Part shown: positions 26,457-36,187 of the stretch, piece after piece
Position numbering within the stretch: the first letter of the stretch is position 1
How the letters are laid out: each line of letters opens with the position of its first letter
Assembly (NCBI GenBank): GCA_041690215.1
Contig: JAWLHQ010000002.1
Coordinates: 154,189-218,188, forward strand
Source of the DNA: Rhodothermales bacterium
GTDB lineage: Bacteria > Bacteroidota > Rhodothermia > Rhodothermales > DASSAV01
Reading direction: 5' to 3'
DNA length: 64,000 bases
Program-made: the position numbers and the translations under genes
Notes under the pieces: model-generated
Told to the model about the DNA's origin: nothing
The model's database searches: none
The model's input: only the letters and a program-made list of their open reading frames with translations

Positions 26457-28499
26457 ATGCCCGCCCGGATCATCGTTCTCCTTCTTTTGCTGGTGATGGG
26501 ATCTCGTGCGGCGGCAGCTCAGAGCATTCAGGTTCTGACGGACCGCACGCTCGAGACCGCCGGTGGCGTAGCCGAACTGTATGCGGGATGGCGCTTCCAC
26601 CCCGGCGACGATCCCGCCTTCGCGGAGCCCGACTTTGACGATTCCACGTGGCCGACCACGTCCTCCACACTGCAGGCGGGCTCTCCCTACGTGGAGCAGT
26701 GGCCAGGCGTGGGGTGGTTCCGGAAGCGGCTGGTCGTGGACTCTACTCTCAGTGGACAGCGTTGGGGGGTACAGCTGATGCCATTCGGAGCGGCCGAACT
26801 GTATGTGGACGGGGAACTCGTCCACCGTACCGGTCAGGTGAGTGCGGACCCTGCGCAGGAGGTCCGCGTGCATTCAGACGGCGGTGGTCCCATTCCGCTG
26901 CCTGGCGCCGGGGAACACGTGCTGGCGGTCCGCTACTCGAACACCCGGGCCGAGGACTACCTCCGCCTGTGGTATTTCATCGGGTTCGAACTGCGGCTGG
27001 GGCCGGAGGCTCTGGTTTTAGAGAACGCCGAAAAAGCGAAGCGGCACGGGCTCCTGGCCATGTTCTTCTTCGGCTTATACGCGGCATTTGCACTCGTTCA
27101 TGCGATGCTGTACCTGGCCTACCGGGCCTCGCGGGAAAACCTCTACTTCAGCCTGATGGTCACCGGGTTCGCCGGGATCGTCTTTCTGGATCTTGCGCTA
27201 CCGCAGTTTTTCGATTCGGCGGATGCGCTGCTCCTCTTCCCGGCACTGCTCCCGACATGCATCGTGCTGGCCAGTCTGGCCGGAATGGCTTTCGAGTACA
27301 CGGTGTTCTACGGCCGCATGCTCCGGGTTTTCTACGTAGCGCTGGCGACCGGCATCGTGCTTACCGCCTGGACCTGGATTGCGGGCATGCAGGCCTATTC
27401 TCCCTACACGGCAATCTTCGCGCTCCTCATCCTGGCAGAGAACGTACGCGTCGTTCTGGTAGCGCTCCACCAGAAAAAGCGAGGAGCGCGGCTCATCGGG
27501 CTGGGGCTGGCGGCCATCACGGTTGGCTTCGCCGAACCCCTGCTGGATTCGCTGGGTGCCCTCCCCTTCAACCGCCTCGAACTCTTTCCATACCTGACGA
27601 GCACGATACTTCTGGTCAGTTTCTCCATCTATCTCTCGAAGAGCGTGGCGAAAACGACGCGTGATCTGCGCCGGAAGCTCATCCAGGTCGAAGACCTCTC
27701 CCGGGAGAAGCTTGAACAGGAGCAACGCACACGAGAAGAGATCCTCCAGCGCAAGCTGCTGGAAAGCGAGTACCGGCGGAAGTTGCGGGAACTCGAGGAA
27801 GCGCGGCAGCTCCAGCTCGCCATGCTGCCCAGCGCCGTCCCGGACCACCCCGAACTCGACATCGCCGCGTACATGGAAACGGCGGCCGAGGTGGGCGGCG
27901 ATTACTACGACTTCGACCTCCGTGACGATGGTGTTCTGACTCTGGCCGTAGGAGACGCTACGGGCCACGGGATGCGCGCGGGCGTGATGGTAACCGCCAT
28001 GAAGAGCCTCTTCAAGGCGCTCAGCCGGGAGCAGGACCTGCTTCGCATCATCCGCACGTCCACACGTGCCATCAAGGCAATGAACCTACGGGGGCTCTAC
28101 ATGGCGCTCATCATGGCGCGCTATGATTCTGGCGTCCTCCAACTCGCCGCGGCCGGAATGCCCCCCGTGCTCGTATACCGGAAGGCGACGGGTTGCGTCG
28201 AAACGATCCGGCTGACCGGCATGCCACTGGGGAGCTTCGTGTGCTTCCCCTACCGGGAAGCACGGGTAGCGCTTCACCCGCAGGACACCGTGCTGTTCAT
28301 GAGCGACGGCCTCCCCGAGTTGTTCAACCGGGAGCGTGAGATGCTGGGGTACGAACGCGCGGCAAGTGCGTTCGCGGAAGTGGCGGATGCCGCCCCGGAA
28401 GCAATCGTGGAGCACCTGACCACTACAGCGCACCGGTGGGCCGGAGGAGAAGGAATCGGCGACGATATGACGTTCGTCGTCATCAGAAGGGTGGCCTGA
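26457..28499 (+). CDS. 7TM-DISM sensor fused to a PP2C/SpoIIE-type serine phosphatase
   Basis: Signal peptide. Extracellular 7TMR-DISMED2-like domain (W.F..GDD..FA....DDS.W ... ELYVDGELV). About 7 TM helices. Coiled coil. C-terminal GGDYYDF ... GDATGHGMRAGVMV ... SDGLPE ... DDMTFVVIRR. Confidence 0.85.
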   Translation: MPARIIVLLLLLVMGSRAAAAQSIQVLTDRTLETAGGVAELYAGWRFHPGDDPAFAEPDFDDSTWPTTSSTLQAGSPYVEQWPGVGWFRKRLVVDSTLSGQRWGVQLMPFGAAELYVDGELVHRTGQVSADPAQEVRVHSDGGGPIPLPGAGEHVLAVRYSNTRAEDYLRLWYFIGFELRLGPEALVLENAEKAKRHGLLAMFFFGLYAAFALVHAMLYLAYRASRENLYFSLMVTGFAGIVFLDLALPQFFDSADALLLFPALLPTCIVLASLAGMAFEYTVFYGRMLRVFYVALATGIVLTAWTWIAGMQAYSPYTAIFALLILAENVRVVLVALHQKKRGARLIGLGLAAITVGFAEPLLDSLGALPFNRLELFPYLTSTILLVSFSIYLSKSVAKTTRDLRRKLIQVEDLSREKLEQEQRTREEILQRKLLESEYRRKLRELEEARQLQLAMLPSAVPDHPELDIAAYMETAAEVGGDYYDFDLRDDGVLTLAVGDATGHGMRAGVMVTAMKSLFKALSREQDLLRIIRTSTRAIKAMNLRGLYMALIMARYDSGVLQLAAAGMPPVLVYRKATGCVETIRLTGMPLGSFVCFPYREARVALHPQDTVLFMSDGLPELFNREREMLGYERAASAFAEVADAAPEAIVEHLTTTAHRWAGGEGIGDDMTFVVIRRVA

Positions 28500-28699
28500 C
28501 GTGCAGGTCTACCCGCCGTACATCGCGTTGCCTTTCCGACCTTCACACTGAATCGCTCTCCTGAAGAAAACGCAGGGGGTAGTTTTTTGAACGCCCCTCT
28601 CATCCTTCCCTGTCGGAGCCAAGCACGACGCCTGTGGAGAGGGTCGGAATAAAAAGAAGCCTTGCTGCCTGAAGTGATGCAGAACAGGAGGCAGCCAGA

Positions 28700-29590
28700 T
28701 TACTTCGGGATGAGCGGGCGAACGACCTGAGCGGGGACGTGTAGCCAGTTCAGGGCTTCGGAGAGTGAACGAAAGATGCGGACCCGATCGCGGTCCAGCC
28801 TGCCCATTGCAATGAGCATCTCTCCGGCAATCTGGTGCATCCACATGTCTACGATGATGGCGGTCCTCCCCCCTTCGAGGTGGGGACGGTAGCCATCGAG
28901 CACCGCTGCGATCTCCTGCGCCTCTGCCGTCGTAATATCCACTCGGACTACGGAGCGATAGTCGTCCAGCGTACTGAATCCGGGGCTCCAATCCGGATCA
29001 CCAAAATAGGCCTTGATATAGTCCAGGAGTTGCTTCCCGTGCAGCACGCCTGATTTGACGGCTACGCCGAGCCGGTGCTGCGGGAAAATCCTGTACGTGA
29101 AGCCGGCCTGCTCGGAAACGGAAGCAATCGGAGTCCTCGAGGCAGGGCGAAACGGCTCTGGCGCGAGTTTGGCCGTTTCGAGCCAGAAATCGAGCGCATT
29201 GAGGATGAGCGTGGGAAAATCGACGTCAGAACGGCGCTCGATCAAAGCATTTACGCCGGATTCGTACGCCGCAGTGACCGCATCGTCGTCCGGATCGTCC
29301 GCATACACAAGTACAGGCAACCGGCGCAGAAGCGGATCACGCTTCATCTCGCGTACGAGGTTGAGCGCGCCGGGGCCTTCGCCATCGAGATCGATGAACA
29401 CGATGATGGGCCGGGTGCGCTGGTGAAAACCCAAGGCCACCCTTGCATTCCGGAGACACTCGAGGGCATGATCCGGCTCAGAGACTCTATTTACTTGGAC
29501 GTCTGATCCATGCTTCGCTAATACCTCCTCCACAGCGCGGACTTCGCGCTCATCGTCCGTCCAGAACATGACGGATGGTTTAGACTTCAT
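28700..29590 (-). CDS. receiver-like (atypical REC) protein with a C-terminal SpoIIAA/STAS-like-looking domain
   Basis: N-terminal ...TDDE...IVFIDLDG...LPVLVYADD... resembles a response-regulator receiver but lacks a clear conserved Thr/Lys. The C-terminal roughly 130 aa end in R.AIIVD....IAGEML......VRIF.SLSEALNWL, reminiscent of SpoIIAA-like proteins (inference). Confidence 0.6.
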   Translation of the reverse strand: MKSKPSVMFWTDDEREVRAVEEVLAKHGSDVQVNRVSEPDHALECLRNARVALGFHQRTRPIIVFIDLDGEGPGALNLVREMKRDPLLRRLPVLVYADDPDDDAVTAAYESGVNALIERRSDVDFPTLILNALDFWLETAKLAPEPFRPASRTPIASVSEQAGFTYRIFPQHRLGVAVKSGVLHGKQLLDYIKAYFGDPDWSPGFSTLDDYRSVVRVDITTAEAQEIAAVLDGYRPHLEGGRTAIIVDMWMHQIAGEMLIAMGRLDRDRVRIFRSLSEALNWLHVPAQVVRPLIPK

Positions 29591-30033
29591 ATGCTGACAG
29601 GGGGTGCTGATCCTCTTACCGACGACTTACTCTCTGATCCAGCCACGTAGCCGGACTGAAACATCAGCCCGAGTACATAACCAGTGCCGCCTTCCGGCGT
29701 GAGGACTGTGCAAATGTAATCGGCCCGCAGGAATATTCCGCGTCAGCACGTGGATGTTTTTTCAGCACCCTCTCTTATGGCCTCGAAAAAGGGGGAATTG
29801 TGCTTCTACGTTTCGAAATTACCCAGCCACACAGGCATCATCGTTCGAATCGTAACGCGCCGCACACTATAGACGCTTCGGCTTACGCGAGTGGCTCCCC
29901 ACCCTGGATCGAAATTCCCTTCTGTTGACCACAATCACAGGGTTTGCACCGGTAGAAATTCCATCGCCGCCAAAGTGGACCTGTCGCCTCTCATTTCGAC
30001 TGGCGCGATCCTCTCAGCACAGATGCAGTCCTC

Positions 30034-32556
30034 TCACGTGCGCCGCTTAGCGCGGCTGGTGGGTTCGGCTTCGAGCGGGTTCTCGGGCCAGTAATGCTTC
30101 GGATAGCGGCCACGCAGATCCTTCCGCACGTCGAAATAGGTGTTCCGCCAGAAGCTCTCGAGGTCCTGCGTCACCTGAACGGGCCTGTGCGCCGGTGAAA
30201 GCAAGTGCATAAGGAGCGGCACCTGTCCGTCCGCAATGCGCGGCGTTTCGGTCATCCCGAACACCTCCTGCAAGCGTACGGCCAGCACCGGAGCTTCGGG
30301 ATTGCCGTAGTCGATCGAAATGCGAGACCCGCTTGGCACTTCCAGATGCGTGGGCGCAAGCCGGTCTATCGCCTGCCGCTGCTCCCAGGTCAGCCTGCCG
30401 GCGAGTATACCTTCCAGATCCAGCCGCTGTAACTCGTCCAGCCGGCGTATGCCGGTCACATAGGGACCGAGCCATTCCGGCAGCGTAGCCACCAGCGCCT
30501 CATCCGACGCATCCGGCCAGGCTGCAGGGTCGAGCCGGTGCAGGAACTCCATGCGTTCCCGCAAGCGGCGCGCGTCCTTCGTCCATGGCAACACACCCGG
30601 CCCTTCCTGCGCGATCCCGTCCAGCAGCGCGGCGACTACGGCGTCAGGATCAGGGTCCGGTATGGACGACTCCTTCAGGATGAGCGCGCCGAGGCGCTGC
30701 CGGCGGTGCGCCCGGACCAGCTTTGCATCGGCATCCCACTCGACAGACTCCTCTTCCACGATCTGGTCTGCAAACTGCTGCTCCAGGTCCTCACGCGAGA
30801 CCGGCGCTGCGAGGAAGATGCGGCTGTCCTGACGATCTCCGTCGAGATGTGCAATCGCGAGGTAGGTGGCGCCGGAGAGTAACTGCGGCTCCGCAATATG
30901 TGCCGAGCGCCCGTTCCGCAACCGAAATCGGCCAGCCTGACCAGTACGTTGCTGGCCGATCCGGTCCGGGTAGGCCAGGGCAAGCAGCATTCCCGCTGCC
31001 TCCATATCCTCCTGGCCGGATCGGACGCGAAGCTGCCTGCGCAGTGCATCCGAAAACTGAAGGACACGCCAGACCGTCCCGCTATCGATGCGATAGCCTA
31101 GCCCATAGCCATCTCCGCGCCGTCCTCCTTGCCGGGTATCGTGTAAAGCCTGAAGACGGAGCCGGACATCCACGTCGACGGGCCCCCCTTCCGATCTGAA
31201 GATGTCGCGCTCGCTGAGGAGCGCCGCGAGGTCGCAGGCGAGACCGCCAAGGTCCTGTTCTCTGGCCCGGAGCACCATGTGAGCGAGACGCGGATGAAGT
31301 GCCAGATCCGCCATCCTGCGGCCATGTTCCGTAATGGTGCCGTCCGGCCCCAGTGCGCCCAGTTCTCGCAGCAGTTCGCGCGCCTGCTCGAACGCAGCAG
31401 ACGGCGGCGTATCCAGCCAGGCCAGCGCGCCCGGATCAGCCACACCCCATTGCGCCAGTTCCAGGGCTACGGGTGCCAGGTCGGTATGCAGCATCTCAGG
31501 GTCCGTGTGCGGCGTCAGGTGTTCGTGCGTGTTGCGCGTCCACAGCCGGTAGCACACACCCGGCCCGAGCCGGCCCGCCCGTCCGCGGCGCTGGTCCGCC
31601 GACGCGCGTGAGACGGGCACGGTCGCGAGGCGCGTCATGCCGCTCTGTGGCGAGAACCGTGGCACGCGCATCAGTCCGCTATCCACGACTACCCGGACAC
31701 CTTCGATGGTCAGGCTGGTCTCCGCGATCGACGTGGCCAGGACGATCTTGCGGCGGCCCGGCGCGCTCGGCTCGATCGCGCGCTCCTGTTCCGCCTGCGA
31801 AAGATTGCCGTACAGCGGCATCACACGGACGTTTTCGCCGAGATTCGCCCGGTTCAGCCCCTCCGCTACCCGGTGGATCTCGGCCGCACCGGGTAGAAAC
31901 ACCAGGATGTCTCCTTCCTCCTCGGCTACGGCGCGCAAAACGGCAGACGTCACGACAGGCTCGATCTGATCCCGCGGCATCCGGTCCAGATACCGCGTCT
32001 CGACCGGGTACGAGCGCCCTTCGCTCGTCACGATGGGGACATTGCCCAGTAGCTTCGCTATCGGTGCGCCGTCCAGGGTGGCCGACATGACCAGCACGCG
32101 CAGATCCTCGCGAAAGACCGACTTCGACTCCAGCGTGAGCGCCAGCCCCAGGTCGGATTGCACGCTGCGTTCGTGAAACTCGTCGAAGAGGATGGCACCG
32201 ATGCCCTCCAGGGTGGGATCCTCTTGCAGAAACCGGGTCAGAACCCCCTCCGTGACGACCTCGATGCGGGTGCCCGGGCCAACACGCGTATCCATGCGCA
32301 TCCGGTATCCCACCGTCGCGCCGACCGGTTCGCCGAGCATCTGCGCCATCCGCTGCGCGGCGGTGCGGGCGGCCAGCCTGCGGGGTTCCAGCATGACGAT
32401 CCGCTGCCCGGCCAGCCACGGCTCTTCCAGCAGCGCGATCGGAACGCGCGTCGTCTTACCCGCTCCGGGAGGAGCCTGCAATACAGCGCCGGTATGCGCG
32501 CGCAGCACGCACCGGAGCCGGGGCAATACGTCTTCAATGGGCAGGTCGGTCATCAA
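30034..32556 (-). CDS. hrpB: ATP-dependent RNA helicase HrpB (DEAH-box)
   Basis: 840 aa. APPGAGKTTRVP Walker A, DEFHER box, SATL, QRRGRAGR motif VI, and the HrpB-specific C-terminal domain. Confidence 0.9.
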   Translation of the reverse strand: MMTDLPIEDVLPRLRCVLRAHTGAVLQAPPGAGKTTRVPIALLEEPWLAGQRIVMLEPRRLAARTAAQRMAQMLGEPVGATVGYRMRMDTRVGPGTRIEVVTEGVLTRFLQEDPTLEGIGAILFDEFHERSVQSDLGLALTLESKSVFREDLRVLVMSATLDGAPIAKLLGNVPIVTSEGRSYPVETRYLDRMPRDQIEPVVTSAVLRAVAEEEGDILVFLPGAAEIHRVAEGLNRANLGENVRVMPLYGNLSQAEQERAIEPSAPGRRKIVLATSIAETSLTIEGVRVVVDSGLMRVPRFSPQSGMTRLATVPVSRASADQRRGRAGRLGPGVCYRLWTRNTHEHLTPHTDPEMLHTDLAPVALELAQWGVADPGALAWLDTPPSAAFEQARELLRELGALGPDGTITEHGRRMADLALHPRLAHMVLRAREQDLGGLACDLAALLSERDIFRSEGGPVDVDVRLRLQALHDTRQGGRRGDGYGLGYRIDSGTVWRVLQFSDALRRQLRVRSGQEDMEAAGMLLALAYPDRIGQQRTGQAGRFRLRNGRSAHIAEPQLLSGATYLAIAHLDGDRQDSRIFLAAPVSREDLEQQFADQIVEEESVEWDADAKLVRAHRRQRLGALILKESSIPDPDPDAVVAALLDGIAQEGPGVLPWTKDARRLRERMEFLHRLDPAAWPDASDEALVATLPEWLGPYVTGIRRLDELQRLDLEGILAGRLTWEQRQAIDRLAPTHLEVPSGSRISIDYGNPEAPVLAVRLQEVFGMTETPRIADGQVPLLMHLLSPAHRPVQVTQDLESFWRNTYFDVRKDLRGRYPKHYWPENPLEAEPTSRAKRRT

Positions 32557-32871
32557 CGTCCTGAAATACCGGTCTGGGTCGAGTGCGCCGAGGCTGACTG
32601 CCGGCAGCCGCTGCTGTTCCTTGAAGAAATGCGCAAATCACGGCACCGGCTCTGCGCATTCCGTGCCCGTGCGTATTCTCCGTGCGCGAGCAGGAATGCA
32701 TACGAACGACCCCGAACCCGGTCCGACACACCGGCAACGAGGAAGATTTGCCAAAAACCGGCGGATTCCGGCGTGAGAAACGGGTGGGTGGATCGAAAGG
32801 CCAGAACATCGTATCTTTCCGAAGTACAACGCCTTACGTTCCGATTTTTCTAACGAGTAGCTACACCGACC

Positions 32872-34014
32872 GTGATCGTCATCCTTAACCCTGACATCGG
32901 CCCGTCCAATCCCGAGTACCACCAGCTCATGAGCTACCTCAATGACCTGGACGGGATCGAGTACCGGGTGCATCAGGTGCAGGGCACAGAGAAGCTCCTG
33001 ACCGAGATCTACCTTATCGGCAACACGGCTGCGCTCACCGTCGACCAGGTCAAGAGCATGCCGGGCGTCGAACGCGTCGTTCGCGTTTCCGAAGCCTACC
33101 GCGTCCTGGGCCGGCACAAGCAAGACGACCGCCCCTCACACTTCGACTACAACGGCGTCCGATTTAGCCAGGACACGCTCAACGTCTTTGCCGGTCTCTG
33201 CGCCGTGGATACCCCGGAGCACGTCGAGATCATGATGCGGGCGCTTCAGGAAAACGGGCAGGTCTGCACGCGGATGGGTGCCTACAAGCCGCGCACGAAC
33301 CCGTACGCGTTCCAGGGCCACGGGAAGAACTGCCTCCCCTGGGTGTTCGAACTCGCCGGGAAGTACGGCATCAAGGTCATCGCCATGGAGGTGACGCACG
33401 AAGCGCACGTGGACGATATCCGGGCTGCCCTCCAGCAAACGGGCAACCCGACCGGTGTCATGCTCCAGATCGGTACGCGCAATACGCAGAACTTTGAACT
33501 CCTGAAGGCGGTGGGACGCCAGCGGGAGTTTCCCGTGCTCCTCAAGCGCGGCTTCGGCATTACGCTGGACGAGTCCCTGAATGCCGCCGAGTACCTCGCG
33601 AGCGAAGGCAATACGCGCGTCGTGTTCGGCCTCCGGGGCATGAAGACGAACATGGGCGACCCGCACCGTAATTTCGTCGACTTCTCGCACGTGCCCGTCG
33701 TGAAGCGGCTTACCCGTATGCCTGTATGTATCGACCCGTCGCACTCCGTCGGATCGCGGGAACGCGGCCCCGAGGGCATCCTGGATACGATGCACGTGAC
33801 GGCGCAGGGCGTCATCGCCGGTGCGAACATGATTCTGGTGGACTTCCACCCGAACCCCCAGAAGGCGCTAGTGGACGGTCCCCAGGCCATGCTGATCAGC
33901 GAACTCCCGCACTTCCTGGAGGATGTGCAGATCGCTCGGGAGGCGTACGAGAAGCGCCTCGCCACCGCACGCCGCTACCGCGAAGCGCGGGCTACACAGC
34001 AGGTGGCTGCGTGA
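32872..34014 (+). CDS. aroF: 3-deoxy-7-phosphoheptulonate (DAHP) synthase, class I-beta, with an N-terminal regulatory domain
   Basis: GTG start. Ferredoxin-like N-terminal domain, then AGPCAVD-like (AGLCAVDT), KPRTNPY.FQG, LLKRG, and DPSH motifs of the KDO8P/DAHP I-beta family. Confidence 0.85.
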   Translation: MIVILNPDIGPSNPEYHQLMSYLNDLDGIEYRVHQVQGTEKLLTEIYLIGNTAALTVDQVKSMPGVERVVRVSEAYRVLGRHKQDDRPSHFDYNGVRFSQDTLNVFAGLCAVDTPEHVEIMMRALQENGQVCTRMGAYKPRTNPYAFQGHGKNCLPWVFELAGKYGIKVIAMEVTHEAHVDDIRAALQQTGNPTGVMLQIGTRNTQNFELLKAVGRQREFPVLLKRGFGITLDESLNAAEYLASEGNTRVVFGLRGMKTNMGDPHRNFVDFSHVPVVKRLTRMPVCIDPSHSVGSRERGPEGILDTMHVTAQGVIAGANMILVDFHPNPQKALVDGPQAMLISELPHFLEDVQIAREAYEKRLATARRYREARATQQVAA

Positions 34015-34129
34015 GCACGTCCCCACTTCTGACGTGATTGGATCCCGCAGGGGCATGGCGTGCCATGCCCCTGCTCCATTTTGGCCGCAGTCTCTAAGTC
34101 CCTCCCTTTTTCGACGTGCACGGAGCGCC

Positions 34130-35353
34130 ATGACGGCACAGCAGGTCGTCGCAGGATGCGTGGTAGCCTTAACGATCATCGGGGTCGCTGCCGGGCGCTA
34201 TCCCCTGCTCCGGATGAACCGGGCCACCATCGCCCTGGTCGGTGCGACGGCGCTCGTGGCACTGGGCGCCATGTCGCTGGAAGAGGCTTACGCCAGCCTC
34301 GACCTCGATACGCTGGTCCTGCTGCTGGCCATGATGATCCTGAACGCCAACCTGCGCATCTCGGGATTCTTCGGCATTGTCGGCCGCTGGATCTCCAACC
34401 GGGCGCGTTCTGCCCGCATGCTGCTGGGCCTGCTCATGCTCGCCCCGGGCCTTCTCTCCGCCCTGTTTCTCAACGATACCATCGTGGTGATGTTTACGCC
34501 GCTCGTGCTGGAGATCACGGCGTCGCTACGACTGAACCCGATCCCCTACCTCATCGGGCTCGCCACAGCGGCAAACATCGGATCGGTGGCCGCCATCACG
34601 GGCAACCCGCAGAACATGCTCATCGGCGTGGCATCCGGCATCCCGTTCGTCACGTTCTCCGCCTACCTCCTGCCCGTCGCGCTCGTCGGACTCTGCCTGG
34701 CCTGGCTTGTCATCACCGGCATGTACCGGTCTGACCTCCGGGTATACCCCTCCGCACAGACGGAAGTGCACGTTCGGGTCTACCGGCCTCTGCTCTGGAA
34801 AAGCCTGGCCGCCGTCAGCGGCCTCGTCGTTGCGCTTCTCGCTGGCGTTCACATCCCACTCGCCGCCCTCGGGGCGGCGGCCTTCCTGCTGATAACGCGA
34901 CGCCTGAAACCCGAACGGGTGTTCCGGGAGATCGACTGGGGCCTGCTCGTATTCTTTGCGGGCCTGTTCGTCGTGACCGGTGCACTCGAAACGACCGGCC
35001 TCAGCAACCGGGTGTTCGCGGCGATGTTGCCCGTCGCCGAGGGCGGCATCCCGGCCCTTACCGGCGTGGCCACGGTTCTGAGCAACCTCATTTCGAACGT
35101 GCCCGCCGTCCTGCTCTTCCGCCCCTTCGTCCCCCACTTCACTGACCCTGAGCAGACGTGGCTCACGCTGGCCATGGCGACCACGCTCGCGGGCAACCTC
35201 ACCCTGCTGGGCTCGGTCGCCAACCTCATCGTGGCCGAAACGGCGAGCCGCAGGGGCGTACACCTCTCCTTCAAGGAATACCTGAAAGCCGGCCTGCCGA
35301 TCACCCTCCTCACCCTCGCCGCCGGAGTGGCCTGGCTGCTGCTCGTAACCTGA
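34130..35353 (+). CDS. ArsB/NhaD-superfamily anion permease
   Basis: Polytopic membrane protein. MTAQQVVAGCVVALTIIGVAAGRYPLLRMNRATIALVGA....SLDLDTLVLLLAMMIL... is typical of the family. The ORF-track start at 33923 overlaps aroF; I chose the in-frame ATG at 34130. Confidence 0.75.
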   Translation: MTAQQVVAGCVVALTIIGVAAGRYPLLRMNRATIALVGATALVALGAMSLEEAYASLDLDTLVLLLAMMILNANLRISGFFGIVGRWISNRARSARMLLGLLMLAPGLLSALFLNDTIVVMFTPLVLEITASLRLNPIPYLIGLATAANIGSVAAITGNPQNMLIGVASGIPFVTFSAYLLPVALVGLCLAWLVITGMYRSDLRVYPSAQTEVHVRVYRPLLWKSLAAVSGLVVALLAGVHIPLAALGAAAFLLITRRLKPERVFREIDWGLLVFFAGLFVVTGALETTGLSNRVFAAMLPVAEGGIPALTGVATVLSNLISNVPAVLLFRPFVPHFTDPEQTWLTLAMATTLAGNLTLLGSVANLIVAETASRRGVHLSFKEYLKAGLPITLLTLAAGVAWLLLVT

Positions 35354-35386
35354 GCACCGGCGCATCCATTCCAGTGCCCGGCGCTA

Positions 35387-35800
35387 TTACGGCCCCTCTG
35401 CGAGCATTTCGGTCCGATACCGCGCCCCGAGGAGCCACTCACGCACACGCTGCCGCAACAGCCAGGTGTAGAAAACGAAGGTCACCAGAGGAAAGGTGAA
35501 CTGCAGGAAACCTATGACCATGTTCGCCGGATCGACCAGCCGGCTGCATAGAAACGGCAACCCGACGGTCAGAACGAATCCGACGATCCAGCCGTGGCGC
35601 CTGGCTTTGTAGAGCCGCCAGAACATGACCGGCGTACCTACGATGGCGGCCAGCACCAGTAACAAAAGGATATGCCGGTATGCCACGAACAGCACGAGCA
35701 CAGCGAAGCCGGCACCCGATAGCGCGTACGTGAGCAAGCGGTGCAACTTGCGGAGGTTCTCCTGCTCTTCGCTAACAGCACCTAGATTGAAATCCAGCAT
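35387..35800 (-). CDS. hypothetical membrane protein
   Basis: 137 aa with 3-4 hydrophobic helices. No recognised domain. Confidence 0.5.
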   Translation of the reverse strand: MLDFNLGAVSEEQENLRKLHRLLTYALSGAGFAVLVLFVAYRHILLLLVLAAIVGTPVMFWRLYKARRHGWIVGFVLTVGLPFLCSRLVDPANMVIGFLQFTFPLVTFVFYTWLLRQRVREWLLGARYRTEMLAEGP

Positions 35801-35811
35801 GATCCGTTACG

Positions 35812-35849
35812 GGAGCAGGCTGGAGCACATTCACGCTCCAGCCTGCTCC
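35812..35849. repeat. perfect 15-bp inverted repeat (hairpin)
   Basis: GGAGCAGGCTGGAGC acattcac GCTCCAGCCTGCTCC, ending 11 nt upstream of the ATG at 35800 (minus strand). No U-tract. Confidence 0.8.
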
Positions 35850-35878
35850 TAGCACATAGCTATGTCATGCTGGACTCG

Positions 35879-35944
35879 TTTACTGGCCTGAATCTGCGAT
35901 TTACTGGCGTGAATCTGCGATTTACTGGCGTGAATCTGCGATTT
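35879..35944. repeat. 21-bp tandem repeat, 3 copies plus a 3-nt partial
   Basis: TTTACTGGC(C/G)TGAATCTGCGA at 35879-35899, 35900-35920 and 35921-35941. Copy 1 differs from the others at one base. Confidence 0.9.
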
Positions 35945-36187
35945 CAGCATCTCTCAGTAGATCGTGCGATCTGCATGAGATCCCGAAACGACCCTTCGGC
36001 AAGCTCAGGGTGACATGGTTCGGGATGACAGATGAATAGAGATCGCGTACCTTCCGGTTCACGCAGTAAACAGGTTCGGGATGACCGGTGGAGGGTAATT
36101 CCTCATTCCTGAGTGTACGGGCCAACCCTTGCCCTCGAGGATACCCGCCGGCACAGCCCCTGGAACGCGCTGATCTCGCGGCAGGGA

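Noticed and set aside
33923-34129. N-terminal extension of the permease ORF overlapping the aroF 3-prime end
   Set aside because: The extension is Arg/Ser-rich and non-membrane-like. The hydrophobic protein starts convincingly at ATG 34130.
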